Virus record (IMG/VR): IMGVR_UViG_3300008085_000125 | Coordinates: 1-24,131 of that record | Direction: 5' to 3' (one strand) | DNA from: a virus | Taxonomy: Duplodnaviria; Caudoviricetes | Length of the DNA stretch: 24,131 nt | Part shown: positions 16,675 to 24,131 of the stretch, one piece after another | Position numbering within the stretch: position 1 is the stretch's first letter | How the letters are laid out: every line of letters starts with the position of its first letter | Made by a program: the position numbers and the translations under genes | The notes under the pieces: generated by a model | The model's input: the letters and a program-made list of their open reading frames with translations, nothing else | What the model was told of the DNA's origin: nothing | Database searches by the model: none

Positions 16675-16737
16675 CAAATATAACAAGAACAAACTTAATA
16701 CACAAGTATTTTTTTAATTATTTTTAAAAAGTATTAT
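16675..16737 (-). promoter_or_regulatory. Bacteroidota sigma-70-type promoter, copy B
   Basis: TATATTTG at 16682-16675 and CTTG at 16706-16703, with the same spacing as copy A. Confidence 0.75.
16696..16737. repeat. 42-bp direct repeat, copy B
   Basis: TAATACACAAGTATTTTTTTAATTATTTTTAAAAAGTATTAT. It includes the stop codon of the DnaA-C-like gene. Confidence 0.9.
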
Positions 16738-17225
16738 TCTCTATATTTCATTACTTTAATTGATTCCATTTTAATAATGATTTCCATTCGTGAGAGGATA
16801 TTTTCCTTCACCTCTTCGGGTAACTTATTTATTTTTTCTAATAATGGTATTGGTTGTCTATTTGATTGGATCCTTTCCATTTCTGCACGTAATTTGAATA
16901 ATTCATTTTCTAGATTTTTTATTTTAATGTCTTTTGTTTCATCTATCGTGGGCATTTTGCAACCGAGGACCTTTAGAACACTATCACATTTTTTATGGAA
17001 CAAGTCCAAGGGGTTGGATAAAATATTCTTTATTTTTTCTACTCCATAAAGAACACTTGAATGGTCTTGTCTGAACACCTTTCCTATTTCATTGAGTGAA
17101 AGTTCAGTTGTTGTTTTCAAATGATAATACAAACAAAACCTGCCTATGACTTTTTCTCGCTTACGGCTTTTTACCGTTATATCTGTTTTGAAAACTTCAT
17201 TGATGTACTCTATTTTTTCTATCAT
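16734..17225 (-). CDS. DnaA C-terminal (domain IV)-like HTH protein with coiled-coil tail
   Basis: KSRKREKVIGR..LYY......LSLNEIGKVFRQDHSSVLYGVEKI matches the DnaA domain IV signature (SL..IG..F..RDHTTV). Confidence 0.8.
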   Translation of the reverse strand: MIEKIEYINEVFKTDITVKSRKREKVIGRFCLYYHLKTTTELSLNEIGKVFRQDHSSVLYGVEKIKNILSNPLDLFHKKCDSVLKVLGCKMPTIDETKDIKIKNLENELFKLRAEMERIQSNRQPIPLLEKINKLPEEVKENILSRMEIIIKMESIKVMKYRE

Positions 17226-18622
17226 AACTTTAATTTTTTAATAATTTCTACCAAAACATTCACTACAATCGAGTTACCGGCTTGTTTGTATGCTTGACTA
17301 TCCGATACATGCCAGGTGAACGTGTCCGGAAAGTCCATTAATCTAAAACATTCTCTAGGGGTTAATCTTCTTATTCTGTAGTTAGTAACAACCACATTAT
17401 CCTTCTGTACAGTTGTAATCGTGTTTGATGTTCCGCTGTGGTTTAATTCTAACCTTTGTTTTGTTGGTGTGCCTATCGTCCTATCTGACATGTTATCGGG
17501 GTTTCTTCCGCGAAACGCGCCGATTAAAATCAATCCCTCTTTTTGTGGATTTGCGTTTGCTAAAATGGTGTCAGAATATTCCTGCTCCTTGGCGGTCATT
17601 TGCCTATCGGAAAAAAGACCCACATCAACTCTTTTTTTTTGTAAACTTTCCTTTCTTTTTGCTTTTCCTTCTTCGGTTCTTTCGTGCTTTACAACTAAAA
17701 CACCCTGTTGACAAGATGTATCAATTGTCTGGGCTACGCCTTTACCCACCCTTCCTCTCCTTGTTTCACTATCGGGACGTTCTAAATTAATACTATCGCC
17801 TTCGGTTGCTGTTTCATAACCTTTTTTTGTTGCAGATTTGATTTTTAATAATTTCATTCCTGCGTGTAACTCTCCGTCTACTCTTGCCAAAACACAACTC
17901 ATAATATCATTTTCTTCAAAAACCTTATCAAATGGGTTTTGAATACTTTTCCATTTTAAAATGCTTTTTAATATTTTATCACTCAAAAAATACTTTTCAT
18001 CCACATTTTCTTCCAATACATCTTTCAATCGTTTTGTTAAATTAAAAGGTTTTGGAAAACTAAAACTATTATCTTCATCGTCCCGGATGCCGATTATAAA
18101 TACCCTTTCTCGATTTTGTGGCACGCCGTAATCCTTAGCATTCAAAACACGCCAGTAAACATGGTAATTTGCGGATTCTTTAATTGGAAACATAGCCGGA
18201 TTCCCATTTACAGATTTTCCCCCTAAAAAATCTAACCACCGCTGAAATGTTTTTCCAGCGTCATCGCTTAATAATCCTTTCACATTTTCTATTATAAAAT
18301 ATCTAGGATTATTTTTCTTAATAAATTCATGGGTATTGTAAAATAATATACCTCGCTTATCACCCTCTCCTTTTCTTTTTCCAGCTAAACTAAACGATTG
18401 GCAGGGGGGAGAGCTCATATAAATATCTAAAGGATTAATCGGTATTTCCCTATCATAAACATTCTCCGGATAGTAGTCAGGCATTCCGTAATTATGTATA
18501 TACGTTTGGCGTGCATACTTATCCATATCACAAGCGAATACTGTTTTGTACTTTATTTTAAGTCTTAGCAACGCTTGATCAAAGGCCCCCACTCCACTAA
18601 AATCACTTCCTACTTCTATCAT
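17222..18622 (-). CDS. dcm: DNA (cytosine-5) methyltransferase
   Basis: Motif I FSGVG, motif IV SPPCQSFS, motif VI ENVKG, motif VIII PQNRERVF, motif IX RRLTPRE, motif X QAGNS. Confidence 0.95.
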   Translation of the reverse strand: MIEVGSDFSGVGAFDQALLRLKIKYKTVFACDMDKYARQTYIHNYGMPDYYPENVYDREIPINPLDIYMSSPPCQSFSLAGKRKGEGDKRGILFYNTHEFIKKNNPRYFIIENVKGLLSDDAGKTFQRWLDFLGGKSVNGNPAMFPIKESANYHVYWRVLNAKDYGVPQNRERVFIIGIRDDEDNSFSFPKPFNLTKRLKDVLEENVDEKYFLSDKILKSILKWKSIQNPFDKVFEENDIMSCVLARVDGELHAGMKLLKIKSATKKGYETATEGDSINLERPDSETRRGRVGKGVAQTIDTSCQQGVLVVKHERTEEGKAKRKESLQKKRVDVGLFSDRQMTAKEQEYSDTILANANPQKEGLILIGAFRGRNPDNMSDRTIGTPTKQRLELNHSGTSNTITTVQKDNVVVTNYRIRRLTPRECFRLMDFPDTFTWHVSDSQAYKQAGNSIVVNVLVEIIKKLKL

Positions 18623-18840
18623 ATTGTTATTCTTTTTCCGTAATAATCTATATATATATCAAAGTATCCACTTCCGTCAACGTATTTAAACGTGTGTTTT
18701 GTGCAAAAGTTTTCCTTTCTTCCTATCCATTTCCGGGTGCCGGGTATTTCTTCAACGCCAATGTTATAAAATGGCTTTCCCTTTTTTCCTATTTGTATTT
18801 CGGTTGTATGTAGGTCGGGGATGTTTTCTGTGATCCTCAT
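18619..18840 (-). CDS. Hypothetical protein
   Basis: 73 aa, ATGA-coupled to both the upstream leader peptide and the downstream methyltransferase. Confidence 0.65.
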   Translation of the reverse strand: MRITENIPDLHTTEIQIGKKGKPFYNIGVEEIPGTRKWIGRKENFCTKHTFKYVDGSGYFDIYIDYYGKRITI

Positions 18841-18929
18841 ATCTTAAATATAAAAACCACCCAAATAAATACCGCAACTGCCAAGTAAACAGGTAAATAA
18901 GAGGGTGGAATGTTATTATTTCTTTTCAT
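18837..18929 (-). CDS. Leader peptide / small hydrophobic protein (30 aa, not in the ORF track)
   Basis: Manual translation: MKRNNNIPPSYLPVYLAVAVFIWVVFIFKI. Its TGA overlaps the next ATG (ATGA). Confidence 0.5.
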   Translation of the reverse strand: MKRNNNIPPSYLPVYLAVAVFIWVVFIFKI

Positions 18930-18939
18930 CTTGGCAGTT
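18852..18939 (-). ncRNA. Structured cis-regulatory leader RNA (candidate)
   Basis: Two interleaved inverted repeats: AACTGCCAAG/CTTGGCAGTT (18876-18885 and 18930-18939) and CCACCC/GGGTGG (18857-18862 and 18903-18908). On the minus strand the second is followed by TTTTT. Confidence 0.5.
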
Positions 18940-18948
18940 TGTAGTTGT

Positions 18949-18956
18949 CAAATATA
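18949..18956 (-). promoter_or_regulatory. Bacteroidota -7 promoter element (TATATTTG)
   Basis: Exact TAnnTTTG just after the VRR-NUC stop and about 10 nt before the first repeat arm. Confidence 0.6.
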
Positions 18957-18964
18957 ATGATTAT

Positions 18965-19249
18965 TTATTTAATAATTAGATTAATTTTATTTTTAAATTC
19001 TTCTATGCTATCCGCTTCAAATGCAATAGCTCCAATGTTTTTTAATTCCTTCATCCTGAATAATTGTAAGGCTCTTGCGGTTTTACCTAACTTCTTAGCC
19101 TCGCAATAGCAAGGGATAGGATATGGCTTTGACGGTAATAAGAAATGTAAATCCGGAAAACCATTCTTATTGCAGCGGATTATCTTAACAGAATACCCTT
19201 TCATTCTTTTAATCTCGGCTATTATTTTTGTTTGTACTTTAGATTCCAT
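18965..19249 (-). CDS. VRR-NUC domain (PD-(D/E)xK) nuclease, putative Holliday junction resolvase
   Basis: MESKVQ.KI...GFPDL...YCEAK...LQ..R..EL...G. Probable start at 19249. Sits next to an SF2 helicase, a usual context. Confidence 0.85.
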   Translation of the reverse strand: MESKVQTKIIAEIKRMKGYSVKIIRCNKNGFPDLHFLLPSKPYPIPCYCEAKKLGKTARALQLFRMKELKNIGAIAFEADSIEEFKNKINLIIK

Positions 19250-20456
19250 AATCTTTTCTAAATGCCCGGAGGTCATATTTTTTTTTATCCTGAGTAACGG
19301 TTCTATATATCTTTTCTTCTATCCCACCTTCTGAAAAAATGAAATAAACATCTGAGGTGCGCCTGTCATAGGTAACCATTCTATCCCTTGCTTGCTTGTA
19401 GCTTACATTAGAGAAGTCAAGGTTATAAAACACTATTGCATCTGCTTTACTTAAATTCGTGCCTTCTCTTATAGACAGTATTTGCCCTGCGATATTTTTA
19501 GAAGTGGTGTTAAACTCATCAATATCTGTGGACAAATTTTGTCCAAAAACTTCCTTCAATACCTCTAATTCTTGTTGGTATTTATAGAAGATAGCTATCT
19601 TTTGCCCTTTAAATTTTTCTTTTATGAATTCAGCTTTTGAAGTGTCTAATGTTATTTTAGTTCCACATTCCAGCTTTACCGTTCCGCTATAAATTTGATG
19701 TAGTTTGCTTTGCAACTTTACCGGGGTATCTGCCAATATAACACCACTTTTACCTTCTAAAACTAGGTCTTTTTGTAGCCTGTTTGCAATCGTATATGTT
19801 TTAGATTGCATTTTCACGTACAAGCATTTTTCGTTTATTTCATTTATAAAACCAGTTTCTTTTTGCGTTTTTGTCATTATAAGGTGATTGATAAAAGGCT
19901 TTATTTTCTCAAGGTTAGCATCTGAGTAATCGTTCACATGGCTGCCAAAAGCCACATATTTCTTTTTTATATTCACAAATTCTTTCGCCCATTTGTAAAA
20001 TGTTTTGTACTCTTTAAAAGGTGAAAACGGAGACGCATCTAATTGGTGGTATATTTGGCTCCAACTTTCCGGACATGGCGTGCCTGATAGAAAAATATGA
20101 TAGTTTGACTTTATGTTTTGCAGGTCCTTTAACCGTTTTGACTTCTTAGCAAAAGATCCGATAGAATGACTTTCATCAATTATAATGCAATTATACTTTT
20201 TCTCTACTTTATGCAGGCTCTCATAATTGATAACAGTAAGATTATAGGCTAATTTAAGAGCTTTAAAATCCTTATCAATACTTGGCATTGCTTTCTTTTT
20301 TGTAACGAATAAAACATCCTTAAACTCATTTACAACGGATAAAGCAATGGCGGTTTTTCCTGTTCTAACCTCAAAAAACAAGCAGACGATGTTATATTTT
20401 AGTAAAATTTCTTTTGCTTTTTTTGTTGCCGTAATTTGATATTCTCTTAGTTCCAT
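19239..20456 (-). CDS. Superfamily 2 (SNF2-like) helicase
   Basis: Q-motif LREYQ, Walker A RTGKT, DESH, SGTP, EGTNL, QARDR. Confidence 0.9.
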   Translation of the reverse strand: MELREYQITATKKAKEILLKYNIVCLFFEVRTGKTAIALSVVNEFKDVLFVTKKKAMPSIDKDFKALKLAYNLTVINYESLHKVEKKYNCIIIDESHSIGSFAKKSKRLKDLQNIKSNYHIFLSGTPCPESWSQIYHQLDASPFSPFKEYKTFYKWAKEFVNIKKKYVAFGSHVNDYSDANLEKIKPFINHLIMTKTQKETGFINEINEKCLYVKMQSKTYTIANRLQKDLVLEGKSGVILADTPVKLQSKLHQIYSGTVKLECGTKITLDTSKAEFIKEKFKGQKIAIFYKYQQELEVLKEVFGQNLSTDIDEFNTTSKNIAGQILSIREGTNLSKADAIVFYNLDFSNVSYKQARDRMVTYDRRTSDVYFIFSEGGIEEKIYRTVTQDKKKYDLRAFRKDYGI

Positions 20457-20457
20457 T

Positions 20458-22803
20458 TTAAAATTCTATTTCGTCCTCTTCATTTTTACTTTCAAACCCG
20501 GATACACTAAATTTACGAATACCACCATAAGTACTATCCTCTCTTTTCCATTCTTTGTATTCAAAGTACATTCCCAACCAACGCCCGAACCAACTTACAT
20601 TCATTCTTTGTGGTATTTCTCGGCTTCCATCGTTATATGTTTGTAATATTTCTTTTGTAGTATAAAAATGATTTTCCTTCCATAAAAATTCATTCTCACA
20701 AAAATCATAAAAATCCTCACAAGTGTTTGCTATAAGTTTTTTGGTTCTACCTGTTTTAAGTTCAGATTTTAGTAATCCATTTTTAAAGTATTTTTGAATA
20801 TTACCAATCATATAATTATAAAAAGAGTTCCATTCTTCTTTAGACCATTGATCGCTAAAAAATAATTTTCCAAACTCGTGTACTGGCTTATATTTTTTTG
20901 AATAATGCCTATATAGTTCTATTTCAAGTTTACGATCATCGTGGCTATCACCAACCCCTGAAAGTATATAATTTGATGTAAACATAAATTTACAACTCTT
21001 TTCAAAAGGAATGACTATTGGCTGCTGAAATTTCTTTTTTAAAGTCAAATCTCCTGTGATAATTGAAAAGAGGCTTTCAAACTTAAAAGTCCGTTCCATA
21101 TCGTCAAAACAAATAACATTATCGTCTAGGCTTACTGTATCGTATGGAAAATTTCCTTTGTTATCAAACTCTTTTCCATTCAAAGTTACAAGTTTTCTAA
21201 GCTGCTTTATCGCATCTGAAATAACAGTTTTACCAGTCCGGCCACTAGGGTTATCGTTTAATGTTTCATCATATAAAATAACAGCCAATCCTTCGTCCGG
21301 TCTTTTAAATGTATTTAATAAATAACCAATAGCACATTCAAGTATTAGTTTTCTTTTTTCTTCTTTATTACTTATATTACTTATAAATGTTTCAAAATCT
21401 GATGTTTTAGAAGTAATTTCAAATTCTTTATTTATAATATTCCTTTGCCAAACAAAGCCGCCAATATTTATATAATCAATAAAATTTATTTCACTATCTG
21501 TAACCTCAACAACTTTATTTTTAAAAAACAAATAACTTTTCTTAGGGGTGTCCCTTACCATTGTTAACTGTTTTGTAGCTAATTGGTTGAGGTAATTTTC
21601 TGTAAATTTAGCGGTTGATTTAGCAAAAAAATTATAAACCTTCATGTCAACTTCCATAACATGATTGAGCACAAAATCTTTTATATTGGTTTCATTCACC
21701 TCATTTATAATGTTATTATAAACCTTTACAAAAGTAAATTCTTTTTCATTAAGCTGAACTTTATAATAACCTCTATTTTCTAGAAATAATTTAAATTTGT
21801 AATCATTAAGGCTTATTTTTCCATTTTTATTGGTATCCCAAAAAACTAAAAAATCATCTTCAAAATCAAAATCAATTATATCTTCAATGTCATCTTCTGA
21901 TAAACCTTCTTTTCTAAATTCTTTTTTTGCCCTTTGAACACCTTTTCTTAAAACTCTTTCGGCTTCAGCAATTTTATTGTCATCTATTAAAGTAAGGCTG
22001 TCAAACTCAGATGTATTTTTATATGCGCTGTTTACAATTTTTTCAACCTCTCCTTTATTTAATCCATTTGAATAAAAATTAACAAACAATTCAATAGCCA
22101 CTAATTTATTTAAACCTGCTCGGTTTAATCCACAAGCTAATTTAAAAAGGTTATTGTTTCGTTCGCCTACATTTAATGTAAACTTTTTATTAAACCATTT
22201 TAATATAACATCAACTTTTTTGTTAGTGTCTTGAATTTGAAAATGTGAAGGGTATTTGTTTTTTCTTGTAACCTCTGTATATTCTTTTTTAAGCACCCAA
22301 ACTTTTGCTTTTTTATTTATGAATAGGTCCGGATCAAAACTTTCATAACAAACCCGACTTATATCTTTTGTAGCTGTATCTAATTTTGTATCAAAAGTTT
22401 CACAAATTGCCTCATAGTATTTTTTATGGTTGTTTATCTCTGCGGGAATTTTTATAAGTGCTTTAACTCCATTGCCTGAAGGACTTATAAATGCCGAATA
22501 TATATATTCGTTGTTTTGTAAACTATCCCTTAAACATACAGGATCTTCAACATCATCAAAATCTAAACAGGCATAACCAGAGTGTTTTATACAATTTTTA
22601 GCGGCCCTATAAGAAAACTCACCACTAAAACAAATAGATTTAAGTTTTGCTTTTAATAGATTTCTTTCATCTTTTGTTTTTTTAGACCTTATTAATTCAA
22701 TAAAATCTTTATTAACTCCGGATTTAATATCATTTAAAACGTCATCAATCTCTTTAAAGAATGGATTTTCAACATCCCTTATATTTGCAAATACAGTAAT
22801 CAT
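20458..22803 (-). CDS. Primase-helicase (VirE-N/BT4734-like primase, PriCT-like domain, P-loop NTPase)
   Basis: N-terminal FSGEF..R...HSG..CLDFD...FISPSGNGVK, central GERNNNLFKLAC, C-terminal GRTGKT, CFDD and FTSN. Confidence 0.85.
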   Translation of the reverse strand: MITVFANIRDVENPFFKEIDDVLNDIKSGVNKDFIELIRSKKTKDERNLLKAKLKSICFSGEFSYRAAKNCIKHSGYACLDFDDVEDPVCLRDSLQNNEYIYSAFISPSGNGVKALIKIPAEINNHKKYYEAICETFDTKLDTATKDISRVCYESFDPDLFINKKAKVWVLKKEYTEVTRKNKYPSHFQIQDTNKKVDVILKWFNKKFTLNVGERNNNLFKLACGLNRAGLNKLVAIELFVNFYSNGLNKGEVEKIVNSAYKNTSEFDSLTLIDDNKIAEAERVLRKGVQRAKKEFRKEGLSEDDIEDIIDFDFEDDFLVFWDTNKNGKISLNDYKFKLFLENRGYYKVQLNEKEFTFVKVYNNIINEVNETNIKDFVLNHVMEVDMKVYNFFAKSTAKFTENYLNQLATKQLTMVRDTPKKSYLFFKNKVVEVTDSEINFIDYINIGGFVWQRNIINKEFEITSKTSDFETFISNISNKEEKRKLILECAIGYLLNTFKRPDEGLAVILYDETLNDNPSGRTGKTVISDAIKQLRKLVTLNGKEFDNKGNFPYDTVSLDDNVICFDDMERTFKFESLFSIITGDLTLKKKFQQPIVIPFEKSCKFMFTSNYILSGVGDSHDDRKLEIELYRHYSKKYKPVHEFGKLFFSDQWSKEEWNSFYNYMIGNIQKYFKNGLLKSELKTGRTKKLIANTCEDFYDFCENEFLWKENHFYTTKEILQTYNDGSREIPQRMNVSWFGRWLGMYFEYKEWKREDSTYGGIRKFSVSGFESKNEEDEIEF

Positions 22804-22806
22804 AAT

Positions 22807-22992
22807 TTATCGGTTTTTTATTTTCTGCTGCACATGCAAAAGCGTTCCGATAAATTCGTGTAGATCTTTTAAAGGTAAATGAGCTGTTACCATATCATTA
22901 AAAGTTGATAAAGTTATGGAACAGAATTCCTTTTCTATTGTTATTTCAATTCTTGTGGATTCAGGTTTTTCTACCTGTAATAAGTGGATCAT
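22807..22992 (-). CDS. Hypothetical protein
   Basis: 61 aa, ends 3 nt before the primase start, A/T-rich leader. Confidence 0.6.
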   Translation of the reverse strand: MIHLLQVEKPESTRIEITIEKEFCSITLSTFNDMVTAHLPLKDLHEFIGTLLHVQQKIKNR

Positions 22993-23017
22993 TTTAAATT
23001 AATTTAAATTACAAAAT

Positions 23018-23025
23018 CAAAAATA
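23018..23025 (-). promoter_or_regulatory. Possible -7 promoter element (TATTTTTG) for the replication operon
   Basis: TAnnTTTG match 25 nt upstream of ATG 22992, in a very AT-rich context where chance matches are likely. Confidence 0.35.
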
Positions 23026-23049
23026 CAAAATAAAATTCAATAAAACAAA

Positions 23050-23244
23050 TAATACAGCAAAACAACAAAAAAAAGGAAAATAAAAAAATGCTGTATTCTT
23101 TAAAGCGTTGATTTTATTGCTATTTACAAAAAACAATACAGCATAACAGCATTTTTTTATATTTTTCCATTTAAAAAATTTTTTTTACGCTTTTTTTATT
23201 TTTTATATTATATATGGGCTGTTTTTTCGTGTTTTGCTGTATTA
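23050..23244. repeat. Nested inverted repeats / iterons, candidate replication origin
   Basis: 15-bp IR at 23050-23064/23230-23244, 15-bp IR at 23080-23094/23146-23160, and four AATACAGCA copies in alternating orientation. Confidence 0.7.
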
Positions 23245-23250
23245 ATCTTT

Positions 23251-23284
23251 AAAAAAAACCCCTAGCAAATAAACGCTAGGAGTT
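23251..23284 (-). terminator. Intrinsic terminator
   Basis: Minus strand AACTCCTAGC-GTTTATTT-GCTAGGGGTT-TTTTTT, downstream of the stop at 23312. Confidence 0.8.
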
Positions 23285-23311
23285 AATCAAATTTCCGACC
23301 CGGAAAACAAA

Positions 23312-23734
23312 TTATTTCTTAAGTATTAAACTATCTTTAGATATTTTAAGTTCAGGCATTTGGAGTTCTTCTCCATCCTCTGATGCGGTTAAAAGTCCTT
23401 TTTGCTTAGCAATAAAGGCAGCTTTATACCGTTCCTCCGTTTCTTTTAAAGCATCCCTTTGCGCTTTCCATTCATCAATAGAGGAATAATCAAAACGTTT
23501 AACTCCATTTCTTATTTCAAACTTGAAGCCCTGTGTTTCAAATGATTTCTCGCCAAAATTATGAGCTTCTTCCATTGCGTTACTTTCAATCTGCTTGATG
23601 GCTAATAAATATTCATCGGCGGTTCTTTTAAGGTGAGCATAAGCAATTAATGCGCTTCTGTCTCCTTTTTCAACTTCGTCTACAAAATGCGCCAACTCCT
23701 GCTGGCGCATTTCAAAAAATAATTCTTTACTCAT
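23312..23734 (-). CDS. Hypothetical helical protein of the recombination/replication module
   Basis: 140 aa. Coiled coil plus a short beta hairpin (GFKFEIRNG..RFDYS), loosely Gp157/Gam-like (weak inference). Confidence 0.55.
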   Translation of the reverse strand: MSKELFFEMRQQELAHFVDEVEKGDRSALIAYAHLKRTADEYLLAIKQIESNAMEEAHNFGEKSFETQGFKFEIRNGVKRFDYSSIDEWKAQRDALKETEERYKAAFIAKQKGLLTASEDGEELQMPELKISKDSLILKK

Positions 23735-23737
23735 AGT

Positions 23738-24130
23738 TTAAAATTCAAGTCCATCTTCTCCGGTTTCTACTTCCTCAGCATCTTTAACTTCGTAATTATT
23801 AACCTCGCTTTCAGTACTTAGATCATTGCCTGTGTATTTATTGTAATACTCGGCAATATTTACATAAGCATCGATAGCTTGTTGAAGTTCGGTTTTGGTG
23901 TAAGGTTTTCCTATTGAAAAGATAGGAACGCTATATTTCGTAGCACCTTTTTTCAGTTCCTCCGCTTCATTTATTTCGATGAAGTGGCTCTCAAATTTAC
24001 CACTATGCCCTTCTAGTTTGGTTTTCTTATCACCATTCGCAAAAAGTGAAAAAATAGAAACACCGGATCCTTTTAGTGAAATGTTCACTATTTCGCCGTC
24101 TAAAAGACAATAAATTGATTTGTGGTATTT
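23738..24130 (-). CDS. Putative ssDNA-binding protein (5' end outside the window)
   Basis: The frame is open to the right edge (KYHKSIYCLLDGEIVNISLKGSG...). Beta-rich core (KKGATKYSVPIF) and acidic tail EEVETGEDGLEF. Confidence 0.55.
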   Translation of the reverse strand, partial: KYHKSIYCLLDGEIVNISLKGSGVSIFSLFANGDKKTKLEGHSGKFESHFIEINEAEELKKGATKYSVPIFSIGKPYTKTELQQAIDAYVNIAEYYNKYTGNDLSTESEVNNYEVKDAEEVETGEDGLEF

Positions 24131-24131
24131 A

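Noticed and set aside
15725-16737. 42-bp repeats as a CRISPR array or att sites
   Set aside because: Only two copies 971 bp apart, both coinciding with promoter elements, with no cas or integrase gene in the window.
333-21325. Plus-strand track ORFs other than 2768-2959 and 2956-3162 (e.g. 1524-1958, 3869-4351, 4709-5131, 12064-12468, 17425-17790)
   Set aside because: They lie antisense to well-supported minus-strand genes, have Ser/Phe/Leu-rich shadow composition and show no recognisable motifs.
23292-23306. Short hairpin TTTCC-GACCC-GGAAA after the 140-aa gene, again with CCGGG after a stop on the minus strand
   Set aside because: Only a 5-bp stem, a stronger terminator follows, and the CCGGG match to the cassette ends is too short to support.
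1-24131. Restriction-site avoidance or CCGG enrichment pointing to the methyltransferase target
   Set aside because: GATC, CCGG, GGCC and CCWGG all occur. Over- or under-representation needs a Markov-model k-mer count that could not be run here.
1-24131. Stop-codon reassignment (alternative genetic code)
   Set aside because: Long genes translate intact and pack tightly under the standard bacterial code, and TAA, TGA and TAG all serve as stops.

Overview
AT-rich segment of a tailed dsDNA phage or prophage with siphovirus-like morphogenesis genes. The host is most likely Bacteroidota/Flavobacteriia, judged from repeated TAnnTTTG promoter boxes, A/T-rich translation-start regions and a VirE-N/BT4734-type primase. 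Almost all genes lie on the minus strand. In transcription order (right to left): SSB-like gene (partial), a non-coding nested inverted-repeat region (candidate origin), primase-helicase, SF2 helicase, VRR-NUC nuclease, a structured RNA leader with an unannotated 30-aa hydrophobic peptide, a C5 cytosine methyltransferase with a long variable region, a DnaA-C-terminal-like HTH protein, two small-gene cassettes under a duplicated 42-bp promoter, a PAPS-reductase-like protein, a small outer-membrane beta-barrel, a PLD-like protein, TerS/TerL, a tail block (chaperone, completion proteins, Dit-like, hub-like, tape measure), a Cys-rich protein, an HTH protein, a two-gene antisense insert, Clp-type head protease, major capsid protein and a probable tail tube gene (partial). 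No portal, integrase, repressor, lysis gene, RT, tRNA or CRISPR array was seen. The best candidates for something undescribed are the leader RNA/peptide switch at 18837-18956, the repeated promoter cassettes, and the AGGACA-N-TGTCCT palindromes near the HTH gene. All product calls come from reading motifs, not from database searches.
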